DNA of 64,000 nt from Euryarchaeota archaeon UBA171 (GTDB lineage Archaea; Thermoplasmatota; Poseidoniia; Poseidoniales; Thalassarchaeaceae): NCBI GenBank assembly GCA_002497295.1, contig DANO01000029.1, positions 4,978-68,977 of the forward strand. The letters are read 5' to 3'. Both the position numbers and the translations under genes were made by a program. Each line of letters begins with the position of its first letter. The first letter of the stretch is position 1. The notes under the pieces are model-generated. The model was not told the origin of the DNA, ran no database searches, and worked only from the letters and a program-made list of their open reading frames with translations. This document shows positions 38,401 through 47,698 of this stretch, piece after piece.

Positions 38401-38418
38401 GACCTTCCGAGTTGCCAT
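35404..38418 (-). CDS. Large acidic secreted/surface protein with C-terminal TM anchor
   Basis: Signal peptide; beta-rich; two DxGxxGDxxxxDxxW/Y motifs (LSDSGLSGDLVVHDDIW, MNDNGINGDSIAGDGVY); terminal TM. Confidence 0.8.
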   Translation of the reverse strand: MATRKVEALVLAVLTASLAFSSIAVAQQEGNEPDSRECIIHADWGTFWSDSEEQTQHAYRVQFYPSFPFAVDPSNVDVIATHLDNTGIQVGTYSSLTAGGVIDIQMSHAPSFGDIVSISVETTEASCERSFEVTMWNQPVMDHEITRETTWSLTSGADETALSVTGRGWQQRSDLNLEANELGNGTIRLMLNDQDREIDVKLDIQRAWLNESWNGTELSSQKFQLEGSGTIRMILYDGMEGISVDGTVREAKFTRILENGIVTEQLELEANGSLVLNSNEEGSLDISGEISLLRYQTIDVDGERVFQDIWIEAMATAMIEFDSDRINFELDEFILRERWEGDQRVEQHQRFRGEGDFDVLIEDDNGIQIEVNGTIEEIYNEQLDGVIIADTFILDGIYSGTASGTFGSVRQIVNTGVQTNSSGVDHDVIVIRDEYWFNVSGSTFTVPGQELYSDHNLTYLYTSPYIDWESPVVRYRYVEDNGEVNNEYPPESPIVLSPVPPEAVSILSSNVTRESGLVPDVLTQGDRIDLVHDGRFSMAVEVQNTSIADIDGHEVKSAEWIGTYPGGGQAIGSTVNEGILAGLLIYCERTMSLPIVEDEDISIFRETQTVDRVLRPSVITAAENTLPEITGVAYREGIWRGEGGTVHLEITIVDPDTDVVSVMIDLHGEDWGMLELSDSGLSGDLVVHDDIWTAQANSSGLFYGAMEATIYVQDIWATISENVILNITNPGPKVIEVDRAPNRLFRGEEFSISVDAMDMHGIATVSIDLQSYGGDKVMLELSGDTWSGSAIMPFGVSPGKVVFPVVLEDSFGARTIHTGVLGDDVSFIVLNEPPMISTSILIRGDSQTTGEEYLDSVVLPISGEPIRHVLEVSVSDPDGVSVVQTKIGRLAPIGSSESWLNMNDNGINGDSIAGDGVYSVEFNARTSLEPGTMEIRIRATDIYQSMTPLEEQDHQITLVREESPDSASWLGSNADILAVVVAAMLTMGAIGAIIRVFISDESIE

Positions 38419-38466
38419 GTTCCCCCTGGCTGCTTTTTTCGTATAACAGGCTGTGGGCGTATTGTC

Positions 38467-38871
38467 TCAAAACAGTGGCTCGTCCCAGTCATCTTCTTCG
38501 CCGGCTTTCTCTCTCCACACTGTCTGAGGGACATCTTCGTATAGACCAGCATATGGATCTTCATCCTCATCATCTTTGGATCCTCTTCCGACATACTGGC
38601 TTGCATTCGATTTGAATTTCCAGTAGTGTATTCTCCACTCCCTTCCATCCCAGAGTGTGGTCTCCTCTGATTCAGTAGTCAGTAGATCATAATCTTGAAG
38701 CTGATAAAACAGATTTCTATCGTTCGGCTCCAATGCATTGTCGATAATTCGATTGGAAAACCCAAAGAATCCAAGTGCATGCTCAGCAATCGATTCAGCG
38801 ACACTTACCTCCATGTCCATATCGACACGATTACGAATTGCTTGGGTCAGATCTTGGAGTGTTAGGCCCAT
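38467..38871 (-). CDS. Conserved Thermoplasmata hypothetical protein (DUF6015-like)
   Basis: FFGFSNRIIDNALEPNDRNLFYQL...EETTLWDGREWRIHYW, recognised from memory; SD GGTGA upstream. Confidence 0.7.
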   Translation of the reverse strand: MGLTLQDLTQAIRNRVDMDMEVSVAESIAEHALGFFGFSNRIIDNALEPNDRNLFYQLQDYDLLTTESEETTLWDGREWRIHYWKFKSNASQYVGRGSKDDEDEDPYAGLYEDVPQTVWREKAGEEDDWDEPLF

Positions 38872-38963
38872 TTGTCGTCACCTGCGTAACCCACCGACAT
38901 AGGGTTCGTTATTTCAACATGGTTCGCGCAAGCGTCGAATACCGGTTGCCGCACGGAGCAATT

Positions 38964-39875
38964 ATGGCGGCATCGGCGAGAATCGGTTTTCTCGGTCTCA
39001 AAGAGGACTGGTCACAAGTTCCCGATGTCTCTGTTATTCAGTTACCATTCGAAATGACAGTGAGTTATGGAACTGGTACCTCAATGGGTCCTTCAGCAAC
39101 GTTAGAAGCATCTTCACAAATAGAGACTTACTCGGATTATCTTGCAGATGATTTACCGGCTGGCATGAACATTAGAACCCTAGATGCATGGGAATTTGAA
39201 GGCCCAACTTTGATTTCTCATCTTGAATCGATTCAGAGTCATATCGAACAAGGAATAACTCATGGAGAGTTTCCAATCCTGCTTGGAGGGGAGCATGGGA
39301 TTCTTCTTCCTGCGCTAAAGGCCTGTGTCGAAGGAGGAATTTTGGAATCTTTGAATGATCTCACCTTAGTTCAGATAGATGCTCATGCCGATCTTCGTGA
39401 TGATTTAAACGGTGAGCGTTTTAGTCATGGAACGGTAGTCAGAAGATGTCTTGATGAGGGGCTCAGTCATGCTATTCAGATTGGAATCCGAGCCTATTCC
39501 TCGGATGAGGCTCGTATGATGGAATCAGATGATAGGATAACTGCATGGCGGGCTAGGGAAATTAAAGAAAATAAGCAGACAGTCCATTCTATTCTTGATT
39601 GCTTGTCGAACATAAACGGCCCCGTTTGGCTGAGTGTAGATGTTGATGCTTTAGATCCGTCAATTGTGCCCGGAACTGGGACGCCGGTACCGGGCGGGCT
39701 TGACTTCTGGCTTGTGAATCAGATCATAGAGGGCGTATTCGAGGGAGGCGGGCGCGTCATCGGTGCCGACATATCAGAGATTGCACCAGATGAATATGGA
39801 ATAACGCAATTTACAGCTGCCAGCCTTGCTACCTCGGTTCTCGCCTGCCACGTAAAGGCGAAGCGTGGGGTTTGA
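38964..39875 (+). CDS. speB: Agmatinase / arginase-family ureohydrolase
   Basis: GGEH, DAHADL, SHGT, GIRA, DVDALDP, GTGTPVPGG. Confidence 0.85.
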   Translation: MAASARIGFLGLKEDWSQVPDVSVIQLPFEMTVSYGTGTSMGPSATLEASSQIETYSDYLADDLPAGMNIRTLDAWEFEGPTLISHLESIQSHIEQGITHGEFPILLGGEHGILLPALKACVEGGILESLNDLTLVQIDAHADLRDDLNGERFSHGTVVRRCLDEGLSHAIQIGIRAYSSDEARMMESDDRITAWRAREIKENKQTVHSILDCLSNINGPVWLSVDVDALDPSIVPGTGTPVPGGLDFWLVNQIIEGVFEGGGRVIGADISEIAPDEYGITQFTAASLATSVLACHVKAKRGV

Positions 39876-39878
39876 AGG

Positions 39879-40289
39879 ATGTTCAGGGTCGAAAGGGGGG
39901 TTCCTTCTCCAGAGATTTTCCTCATGATTAGAAAGGCGGCAGGGATGGGGCCTAGATCAATGGAAGGTGCAACCATAGGATTGGGAAGAGAGTTGTGCTC
40001 AGTGGTTCTAAAGCTTGAAGAAAGCGGAAGAATTGTAGGAATGGGGCGAATTGTGGGAGATGGTGGGACTGTATTCCATATCTGCGATATGGCCGTTATT
40101 CCTGATTTTCAAAGACAAGGGGGAGGTACGATGGTAATGAATGAATTAATGCGTTACATCGAGGAAGAAGCTCCACCAAATACATACATCAATCTTCTAG
40201 CAGATGTGAGTGGTTTCTACGAACGCTGGGGTTTCAAACCATCTCGGCCATCCTCCACAGGCATGCATCTGAAGAGTGATTCTAAGTGA
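39879..40289 (+). CDS. GNAT-family N-acetyltransferase
   Basis: VGMGRIVGDG, V.PDFQRQGGG, FYERWGF. Confidence 0.88.
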   Translation: MFRVERGVPSPEIFLMIRKAAGMGPRSMEGATIGLGRELCSVVLKLEESGRIVGMGRIVGDGGTVFHICDMAVIPDFQRQGGGTMVMNELMRYIEEEAPPNTYINLLADVSGFYERWGFKPSRPSSTGMHLKSDSK

Positions 40290-40326
40290 ACAGAATGGTG
40301 TGTTTCAATAGTAAGCACATGGGGGG

Positions 40327-40977
40327 ATGTGTGTGGCGGATGAAGCCGTAACGCTTGACGTTGGCGGGATGACCTGTGATGGCTGCGCCGGAAAGGTTCG
40401 TAACGCGCTCGAAAGCGTATCCGGAGTCTTATCTGCTGTGGTGTCTCATGAATCGGGCTCGGCCGTCGTTTCACACTCCGGAATCTCTCGGAATTTGATG
40501 GCCGATGCTGTCCGCGAAATCGGCTATACCGTAGACGGCCGTGCTGAGGAGTTTCACTGGCGAGATGGTTCTGTTTGGAATCAGTCTGCCTACAATACAA
40601 TGTGGTGCTTAATCGGTTGTAGCATCGGGGATCTTGGAACCATCGCCTATTTCCAATTTGTTTGGACAGATTCAGGGTGGACAACCATGGCAATCATGAT
40701 GCTAGCCATAATGAATGGATTGTTGACTTCAATTGCGCTTGAAACCGTGATACTGCTGAAGCAACTTCCCTTCCGAAATGCATTGCGAACCGCAGCTGGC
40801 ATGTCATTGATTTCCATGATCGCGATGGAAGCTGCGATGAATATCACAGATATTGTGTTGACAGGTGGTGCCATGTTGACATGGTACGCCATTATCCCGA
40901 TGTGGATTGCTGGGTTCCTGACGCCCTGGCCATACAACTACTGGCGTCTGAAGAAATACGGTGTGGCATGTCATTGA
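40327..40977 (+). CDS. Heavy-metal-associated domain + DUF4396-type membrane protein
   Basis: GMTCDGC HMA motif; CLIGCSIGD, Met-rich TM segments, PYNYWRL...G.ACH. Confidence 0.82.
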   Translation: MCVADEAVTLDVGGMTCDGCAGKVRNALESVSGVLSAVVSHESGSAVVSHSGISRNLMADAVREIGYTVDGRAEEFHWRDGSVWNQSAYNTMWCLIGCSIGDLGTIAYFQFVWTDSGWTTMAIMMLAIMNGLLTSIALETVILLKQLPFRNALRTAAGMSLISMIAMEAAMNITDIVLTGGAMLTWYAIIPMWIAGFLTPWPYNYWRLKKYGVACH

Positions 40978-41043
40978 TTCTAACCGTGTTTTAGTTATTC
41001 AGACATGCAAACGGTTCTAGGTGTTAGCCCCCATAGCGGCGCT

Positions 41044-42387
41044 ATGCGCCGCTGGGTTACCGCACTCGTTGTGGGGTCAATGCTCGCAGTTTCTGCTGCG
41101 CCCGTGGCAACTGCGCAGTTTGGTCAGCCCGACATTGTCCAGGAGCACTGGTATCATTCCTATACAACACTGACATTGGATCTCAATGAATGGGCGGATG
41201 ATTACCCGGAAATAGTCAATCTATTCAGTATAGGAAAAACGGAGTTGGGAAGAGAAATATGGATGTTGCAGATCTCTGATTGGAGCATAGAAACCAAACC
41301 AGATGGAACGGCGAAAGATGTGGCATATATTGATGGGGGCCATCATGGAAACGAACATCTTGGAACTGAATTGGCTTTCCTTGTGGCAGAATACTATATC
41401 GAAGGTTGGGGCGATGAAGAGCAGGATGTAATCGACGTTTTGACCAATACGGAATTGCATATCGTGATTATGCTAAACGCAGATGGCAATGACTTCGATA
41501 CTAGATGGAATGTGAATCAAGTGGATCTGAATAGAAATTATGACCATTATTGGAATACCTGTCCAACGACTCAGCCGGGGAGTAGTGCGTTTAGTGAATC
41601 TGAAACTCTCGCGAATTCGATATACATGAATGATGTTGTGCCTCATGCTGATTTGTACATCACCATGCACACGGGCGTGTGGATCATGCTCTACCCTTGG
41701 GGTAAATGGCCAGACCAACCTTCGGATTGGGAGATGTATCATTTCATAAAAGAAGAAATTAATGCCAATATTTCTGATATACCCATCCGGAATGCCAATC
41801 AGGGATTATATCCAAACTGCGGTACAAGCAGAGATTACGGGTATGGAGTGATGGGATATCCTACGTTTACCTTTGAGACAGATGATGAGCAATTTCTTCT
41901 TGGTACGGTAGAGGCCCTCTCAGATAGATTGGAAGAAGAGCTTGATGTTATGCGATATCTAATTCAGAATATTTGGTTCTGGCGTGCTCGCTTGGTTGTA
42001 GAGGAGGTCGAAATCAACGAAGGGGAGGTAAAATCCCATATTGTGAACTTAGGGTACGCCAGTACATCCAATGCAACACTACAGTACATCAGTTCCAATG
42101 GAGATTTATTGTGGAACTCGTCAAGCTTCGGTGTCAACGCGACTAATGAGACAAATGTGGCCTTCGGTAGCGAAGGTCTTGCTATCGTAGACGGTGGGTC
42201 TTGGAGTATAAGTTATCAGAAGAGGGTGATTGATGCTTCGATGTGGGTAAATGAGGTAGTTGACGAAGACGTAGTAGACTGGACTGGCAAGGATTCCGGT
42301 GGTTTTCTTCCAACTCCCTCGGTATTTGTCTTATTCATCGCCTTCGCTCTTGCTGCTATTGGTGGAAGAAATAGCAGATTAGAATGA
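41044..42387 (+). CDS. Secreted M14 zinc carboxypeptidase with C-terminal membrane anchor
   Basis: Signal peptide; GGHHGNE, NADG, DLNRNY, FSESET, TMH, FTFE; terminal hydrophobic helix and basic tail. Confidence 0.88.
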   Translation: MRRWVTALVVGSMLAVSAAPVATAQFGQPDIVQEHWYHSYTTLTLDLNEWADDYPEIVNLFSIGKTELGREIWMLQISDWSIETKPDGTAKDVAYIDGGHHGNEHLGTELAFLVAEYYIEGWGDEEQDVIDVLTNTELHIVIMLNADGNDFDTRWNVNQVDLNRNYDHYWNTCPTTQPGSSAFSESETLANSIYMNDVVPHADLYITMHTGVWIMLYPWGKWPDQPSDWEMYHFIKEEINANISDIPIRNANQGLYPNCGTSRDYGYGVMGYPTFTFETDDEQFLLGTVEALSDRLEEELDVMRYLIQNIWFWRARLVVEEVEINEGEVKSHIVNLGYASTSNATLQYISSNGDLLWNSSSFGVNATNETNVAFGSEGLAIVDGGSWSISYQKRVIDASMWVNEVVDEDVVDWTGKDSGGFLPTPSVFVLFIAFALAAIGGRNSRLE

Positions 42388-42484
42388 TAATTTGAATCTG
42401 TATATAGTTGATTATCATTTCAAAGTTAATTTTTCTAGGCAATTATTTGTATATCATTACAAAATCCACAAATTCAGTGATATT

Positions 42485-44014
42485 GTGAATTGGTCAAATC
42501 TTGAATTCAATGAAACCTGCGAACAACTACTGATACCTCTTTTCCAAGGAGTCACTCGAGCACCCAACAATGCACTATCTGGTCTGGGGCGTAGTCAAAG
42601 AAATCTAGTCAGAGAAGCCATCTCTTCGAATGATTTTGAGGGGAAGGAAGGAGAAAATATGGTTGTGTGGACGCCGGGATGCAGAGTTATGCTTGTCGGA
42701 ATGGGTGAGAAGAGCGCGATTAATCATGATCTTGCACGAATGACCGGCGCCCGTGTAATGGGCTCACTTTCAAAGAAAAACGGACTATCCGTATGTGTTA
42801 GATTCACTTCGGGTTGGTCCGGTGGTCGTATGGTCGATTTTGCAGAAGGGATGATGCTGCGAGACTATGAATTCATTGAACATCAAGATATTGGAGAAGA
42901 CCATATCCTGGCTCCTTGGTCGGTTCAATTCCAAGCCAGTACCAGATATCAAGATCATCTCAAGGAGGGTCTTTCCAAGTCACATGCTTTGGTCAAGGGA
43001 GTACATCTAGCACGTGACCTTGGTAATGAGCCGGCTAACGTTCTATACCCAATGGAATACGCCCATAGAGCACAAAAATGGGCAGATGATAAAGAAAATG
43101 TTGTAGTTGAGGTATACGACTGGGATAAGCTCAACGAACTAGGCATGGGGGGATTGATCAACGTAGGCAAAGGGAGTGATAGGAAACCCTGCATGGTCCT
43201 CTTCACCCTCAATCCTGATGCAGACAAGGATATTCGTCGACCATGTATCGTAGGGAAGGGGATTACTTTCGATACAGGGGGTATTTCCATCAAACCAACG
43301 AGCGGTATGTGGGACATGAAATATGATATGTGTGGTGCTGCCACTGTTTTCGGTCTGATGGAGGCCCTGTACTCTACTGGCTACGGTCGTAGAGTAAACG
43401 GAATAGCGTGTTTGGCAGAGAATATGCCCGGATCTGGGGCATATAGGCCTGGAGACGTATTCAAGACATATTCTGGAAAAACTGTGGAGGTCTTCAGTAC
43501 AGACGCCGAAGGCAGGAATGTTTTGGCTGATGGACTTTGCAAGGCAGGAGAGTTCGATCCTGAATTCATTGTAGATTTAGCAACCCTCACAGGTGCGGTA
43601 GTGGTCGCTTTAGGCAATCAGATAACCGGAATGTGGGGCAATGATTCTGCACTTGTTAAGAGGGTCGAATCGGCTGCCTCATTATCTGGGGAACCAGTCT
43701 GGGAAATGCCTCTGAATGACCAATTCAAGAGATACATGACAGATTCAGCGTTCGCGGACATAAGAAATGGTTCAATTGGAGGAAGGGCCGGTTCATCTAA
43801 TGGCGCGGCGGCTTTCTTGGAGTTCTTCGTCCCATCTAGGGAAGAGAATGGGGGCTCTTCGAAAATACCATGGGTGCATTTGGATATCGCAGGAACTGCA
43901 TGGGGCCCCGGTTCCAAGGCTCGGACGGAGCGCGAGAATCCATTCTTCCAGTTTGGTACATCGGGAGTGCATGTAAGGACCCTGCATCGTCTTATCACAA
44001 GCGATGACCGTTGA
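42485..44014 (+). CDS. pepA: M17 leucyl aminopeptidase
   Basis: VGKGITFDTGG.SIK, MKYDMCG, TDAEGR, DLATLTGA, W.HLDIAG; start placed at GTG 42485 (uncertain). Confidence 0.9.
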   Translation: MNWSNLEFNETCEQLLIPLFQGVTRAPNNALSGLGRSQRNLVREAISSNDFEGKEGENMVVWTPGCRVMLVGMGEKSAINHDLARMTGARVMGSLSKKNGLSVCVRFTSGWSGGRMVDFAEGMMLRDYEFIEHQDIGEDHILAPWSVQFQASTRYQDHLKEGLSKSHALVKGVHLARDLGNEPANVLYPMEYAHRAQKWADDKENVVVEVYDWDKLNELGMGGLINVGKGSDRKPCMVLFTLNPDADKDIRRPCIVGKGITFDTGGISIKPTSGMWDMKYDMCGAATVFGLMEALYSTGYGRRVNGIACLAENMPGSGAYRPGDVFKTYSGKTVEVFSTDAEGRNVLADGLCKAGEFDPEFIVDLATLTGAVVVALGNQITGMWGNDSALVKRVESAASLSGEPVWEMPLNDQFKRYMTDSAFADIRNGSIGGRAGSSNGAAAFLEFFVPSREENGGSSKIPWVHLDIAGTAWGPGSKARTERENPFFQFGTSGVHVRTLHRLITSDDR

Positions 44015-44098
44015 AAATGGTTGAAAACCTGTATATTTGATAGATTCTGCATTATATCCGGGCATGTTCTATACGTTGAACGGAGTTTTGCAGGTTAC

Positions 44099-45073
44099 AT
44101 GAATGGGTCGTCCAAGGTGTTTATTGCTTGCCTGCTCACAGTAGTAGTTCTTTCATCGAGTGTGGCCGCTCAAGACGCTGAGGAGAGTGTGGAAGAGGAG
44201 TCCAACATTATCATCGATTATGTTCTTCCGCTCTCTTTAGCGTATATCATGTTCTCACTAGGACTGGGTTTGAAAGTATCTGACTTTGGTCTTATTTTGA
44301 GTGAGCCGAAGGCATTTGCAGTGGGATTGGGGAACCAGATGGTTGTCCTGCCGTTAGCAGGATTTGGCATAGCAAGCATCTTCGATTTATCTGGAGAGAT
44401 GGCGGTCGGCCTAATGATTCTAGCTTGTTGTCCGGGAGGTGTGACATCCAATATTCTGACAAAACTAGCAGGGGGCGACACCGCTCTATCAATTTCATAT
44501 ACCGCAGTTGTGAGTGTTGTATCCGTAATCACACTTCCACTCATAGTTGGTCTCTCAATGGATCATTTCATGGGTACTGCGTCGCCAAATATCGAAATCT
44601 TCGAGTTGGGAGTAACGATGTTTCTTCTGACTACTGTTCCTGTAATGATTGGAATGTTAATACGCAGATATTCAGAGACCTCTGCTGATGGTATTGAACC
44701 ATTAATCGGAAAAATCGCGGCTGTTCTTTTCATCATAATCGTCATTGCGGCTATTGCAAGCGAATTTGACACTCTGATGGAAAATATTGGGGCGCTTGGT
44801 CCGGCAGTTGTTATACTCAATATTCTGATGCTTGGAATAGGTTGGAAGAGTGCAACGGTTCTTGATCTTGAAAATAATCAGGCAACAACTGTTTCGATAG
44901 AGAGTGGCATACAGAATGCAACCGTGGGCATTACGGTAGGGGGCCTTATACTGGCTCCCGAGGCGGGTGCAACCCTATCTGTGCTGAGTCTTCCATCAGG
45001 AGTCTATGGCGTTATGATGTACTTCGTCATAGCACCATTCCTCTATTGGAGGATTAGTATGTCGAAGATGTGA
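44099..45073 (+). CDS. Bile acid:sodium symporter (BASS) family transporter
   Basis: IMFSLGLGL, CPGGVTSN, GDTALS, ESGIQN. Confidence 0.9.
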   Translation: MNGSSKVFIACLLTVVVLSSSVAAQDAEESVEEESNIIIDYVLPLSLAYIMFSLGLGLKVSDFGLILSEPKAFAVGLGNQMVVLPLAGFGIASIFDLSGEMAVGLMILACCPGGVTSNILTKLAGGDTALSISYTAVVSVVSVITLPLIVGLSMDHFMGTASPNIEIFELGVTMFLLTTVPVMIGMLIRRYSETSADGIEPLIGKIAAVLFIIIVIAAIASEFDTLMENIGALGPAVVILNILMLGIGWKSATVLDLENNQATTVSIESGIQNATVGITVGGLILAPEAGATLSVLSLPSGVYGVMMYFVIAPFLYWRISMSKM

Positions 45074-45074
45074 T

Positions 45075-46943
45075 TCAATCCTCATCTTCAACGACTTCGA
45101 AATCCGCTTCGTGGACTCCTTCATCTGATTCGTCTTCTTGATTGTCTTCTTCCATATCCTTGGCTGCAGCTTCGTATATTTTGATGGAAAGAGCCTGCAT
45201 GAGTCCTTCTAACTCGCTTATCTTGGACTGCACTCCGGCTTCATCGATTTCATCCGCATCGATTGGGACATCTCCATTCGTGACCATTGATTCGAGTTCA
45301 TTTAGCTTCTCCAAAACTGGTTCTGTATCTTCTTCCTCGAGCTTATCGCCGGCTTCTTCAATAGTTTTTCGAGTTTGATATACTATGCTCTCAGCCTGGT
45401 TCTTTAGTTCGACTCGTGCCTTCCTCTTACGGTCTTCGTCGGCAAATTCTTCAGCCTCTTCAATCTTAGATTTAATCTCGTCTTCACTCAGAGATGTTTG
45501 GCTCTCTATGGTGATTTTTTGTTCCTTTCCTGTACCGAGATCTTTCGCTGAAACATTCACGATTCCATTCGCATCTATATCGAATGTGACTTCGATCTGC
45601 GGTATCCCCCTGGGTGCAGCGGGTATCCCTGTAAGATGGAATTTTCCGAGAGTGATATTGTCTTTAGCGAACTGTCTCTCTCCTTGGAGAACATGAACCT
45701 CGACAGCAGGCTGGTTATCGGCAGCAGTGGAGAATGTCTCCGATCGCTTGCTTGGTATGGTGGTGTTCCGCTCGATCATCGTAGTCATGACTCCGCCTAG
45801 AGTCTCGATTCCAAGCGTAAGGGGCGTGACGTCCAGAAGGAGTACGTCGGTGACACCAGAATCTCCAACGATTATTCCAGCCTGAAGAGCTGCTCCCATG
45901 GCGACTGCCTCGTCGGGGTTAACACCCTTGAACGGAGCTTTGCCGACCTCTTGCTCAATTGCAGATTGAACGGCGGGGACGCGAGTGGATCCGCCTACCA
46001 GAATCACCTTGTCGACCTTGCCCTTAGATACTCCTGCATCCTTCATGGCTTGGCGTGTAGGTGAAAGCGTCCTTGAGATCAATGGCTCGATTAGTTCCTC
46101 GAACTTGGACTTCGATAGTGTGATGTCAAGATGCTCGGGCTGACCGTCCCGACTTGTAATAAATGGCAGATTAACCTGAGCAGAGCCAGAGCCTGAAAGC
46201 TCTATTTTTGCTTTCTCTGCGTTTTCACGAAGTCTGCTCATAGCCTGTGAATCAGCGGATAAATCGATGCCGGTGTCTTTCTTGTACTCATCAACAAGCC
46301 ATGTGATGATGACCTCGTCGAAGTCATCCCCTCCAAGCCTGTTGTCTCCGGAAGTCGCCTTCACTTCTATCTGTGGCTGACCATCGACTTGATAGATTTC
46401 AAGAACAGAAACATCGAATGTCCCTCCCCCGAGATCGTATACTAAGATGGTCTGATCTTCTTCTTTATTCACTCCATATGCGAGTGCCGCTGCGGTGGGC
46501 TCGTTGATTATTCTAAGAACTTCTAATCCTGCAATTCGTCCTGCATCTTTAGTCGCCTTCCTCTGGGCATCGGTAAAATATGCGGGGCATGTAATCACGG
46601 CTTTCTTGATTTCCTGGCCGAGATATGCTTCTGCATCCGCCTTCAGTTTCTGTAGAATGAATGCTGACATTTCTTGAGGGGTGTATGTGGAGTCATCGAT
46701 TTCAGATGACCAATCAGTTCCCATCTCTCGCTTGACCGACAAGATGGTTCGGTCCGCATTAGTCACAGCCTGACGCTTTGCAGTAATTCCGATGTGGCGC
46801 TCTCCATCTTTGGCGAAGGCTACTACGCTTGGGGTGGTTCGTGCTCCTTCCGAATTTGGGATTACGACGGCTTGGCCTCCCTCCAGAGTTGCCACGCAGC
46901 TGTTGGTTGTTCCTAGATCAATTCCGATAACAGGTGTGCTCAT
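45075..46943 (-). CDS. dnaK: Chaperone DnaK (Hsp70)
   Basis: [52 protein letters not shown]. Confidence 0.97.
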   Translation of the reverse strand: MSTPVIGIDLGTTNSCVATLEGGQAVVIPNSEGARTTPSVVAFAKDGERHIGITAKRQAVTNADRTILSVKREMGTDWSSEIDDSTYTPQEMSAFILQKLKADAEAYLGQEIKKAVITCPAYFTDAQRKATKDAGRIAGLEVLRIINEPTAAALAYGVNKEEDQTILVYDLGGGTFDVSVLEIYQVDGQPQIEVKATSGDNRLGGDDFDEVIITWLVDEYKKDTGIDLSADSQAMSRLRENAEKAKIELSGSGSAQVNLPFITSRDGQPEHLDITLSKSKFEELIEPLISRTLSPTRQAMKDAGVSKGKVDKVILVGGSTRVPAVQSAIEQEVGKAPFKGVNPDEAVAMGAALQAGIIVGDSGVTDVLLLDVTPLTLGIETLGGVMTTMIERNTTIPSKRSETFSTAADNQPAVEVHVLQGERQFAKDNITLGKFHLTGIPAAPRGIPQIEVTFDIDANGIVNVSAKDLGTGKEQKITIESQTSLSEDEIKSKIEEAEEFADEDRKRKARVELKNQAESIVYQTRKTIEEAGDKLEEEDTEPVLEKLNELESMVTNGDVPIDADEIDEAGVQSKISELEGLMQALSIKIYEAAAKDMEEDNQEDESDEGVHEADFEVVEDED

Positions 46944-46961
46944 TCTTCAATCATCCCCTAA

Positions 46962-47570
46962 TTATTCCATCCTCAGTGTCACATCAAGGATGCCATTGTT
47001 TAGACTCCATTCCTCGATACGACTGGCTGCGAAGGGAATAGAGAAACCTCTGAGAGGATTGAGGAGGTTATGCCTCAATAATTCGATTATTCTTCCACCA
47101 TCGGCTAATGCGAGGTCGACCGACCCATCATCTGCCTCCGGGATAGAGGTGACATCAATCATCACATTGGCTAGCCCGTCCTCATGGATGAAATCTGTAT
47201 CGGGGATCTCAATGAGTCTGTTATCTTCCCTTGGCTCGGTTACAACTTCTACCTGCTCGCTGGGCGTATTTTTTGAGGATTTCACAGATACCTCGAATCC
47301 CATCTTTGAGAGCATGTCTGCAAAGCCTCCTGGACCGGACATCATAGCCTCAATATTCTTCCTAATCTCCTCAGGATCCCCTTTTCCATTCAGAGTGATA
47401 TCCGTCTTGGATAGGGATTTAGAGTCGATTCCCATTCGTTCAAAATGCTCCTCTAACTGATTCATCATATTCTCCAGCATTTCCATATCCATGGGTATAC
47501 CCATCTGTTCGAATACCTTAGACATCTCACGTATGATGTCTCTTTCCCAGTTGTTTTCTTCAGAGGTCAT
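46962..47570 (-). CDS. Hypothetical protein with degenerate Hsp20/alpha-crystallin-like C-terminus
   Basis: Met-rich helical N-half; C-terminal ...LNNGILDVTL; 18 nt upstream of dnaK. Confidence 0.6.
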   Translation of the reverse strand: MTSEENNWERDIIREMSKVFEQMGIPMDMEMLENMMNQLEEHFERMGIDSKSLSKTDITLNGKGDPEEIRKNIEAMMSGPGGFADMLSKMGFEVSVKSSKNTPSEQVEVVTEPREDNRLIEIPDTDFIHEDGLANVMIDVTSIPEADDGSVDLALADGGRIIELLRHNLLNPLRGFSIPFAASRIEEWSLNNGILDVTLRME

Positions 47571-47698
47571 TGTATCACTAATCAACCATTGGTTGTATAG
47601 TCGATGATGGGGGTGGTATATGAATCCCCCGTAGTAGTATAAATGATAGAACTTCGAAGGAGAGGTTCCTTGATATTAGCGAAGATACTCGTATCGTC

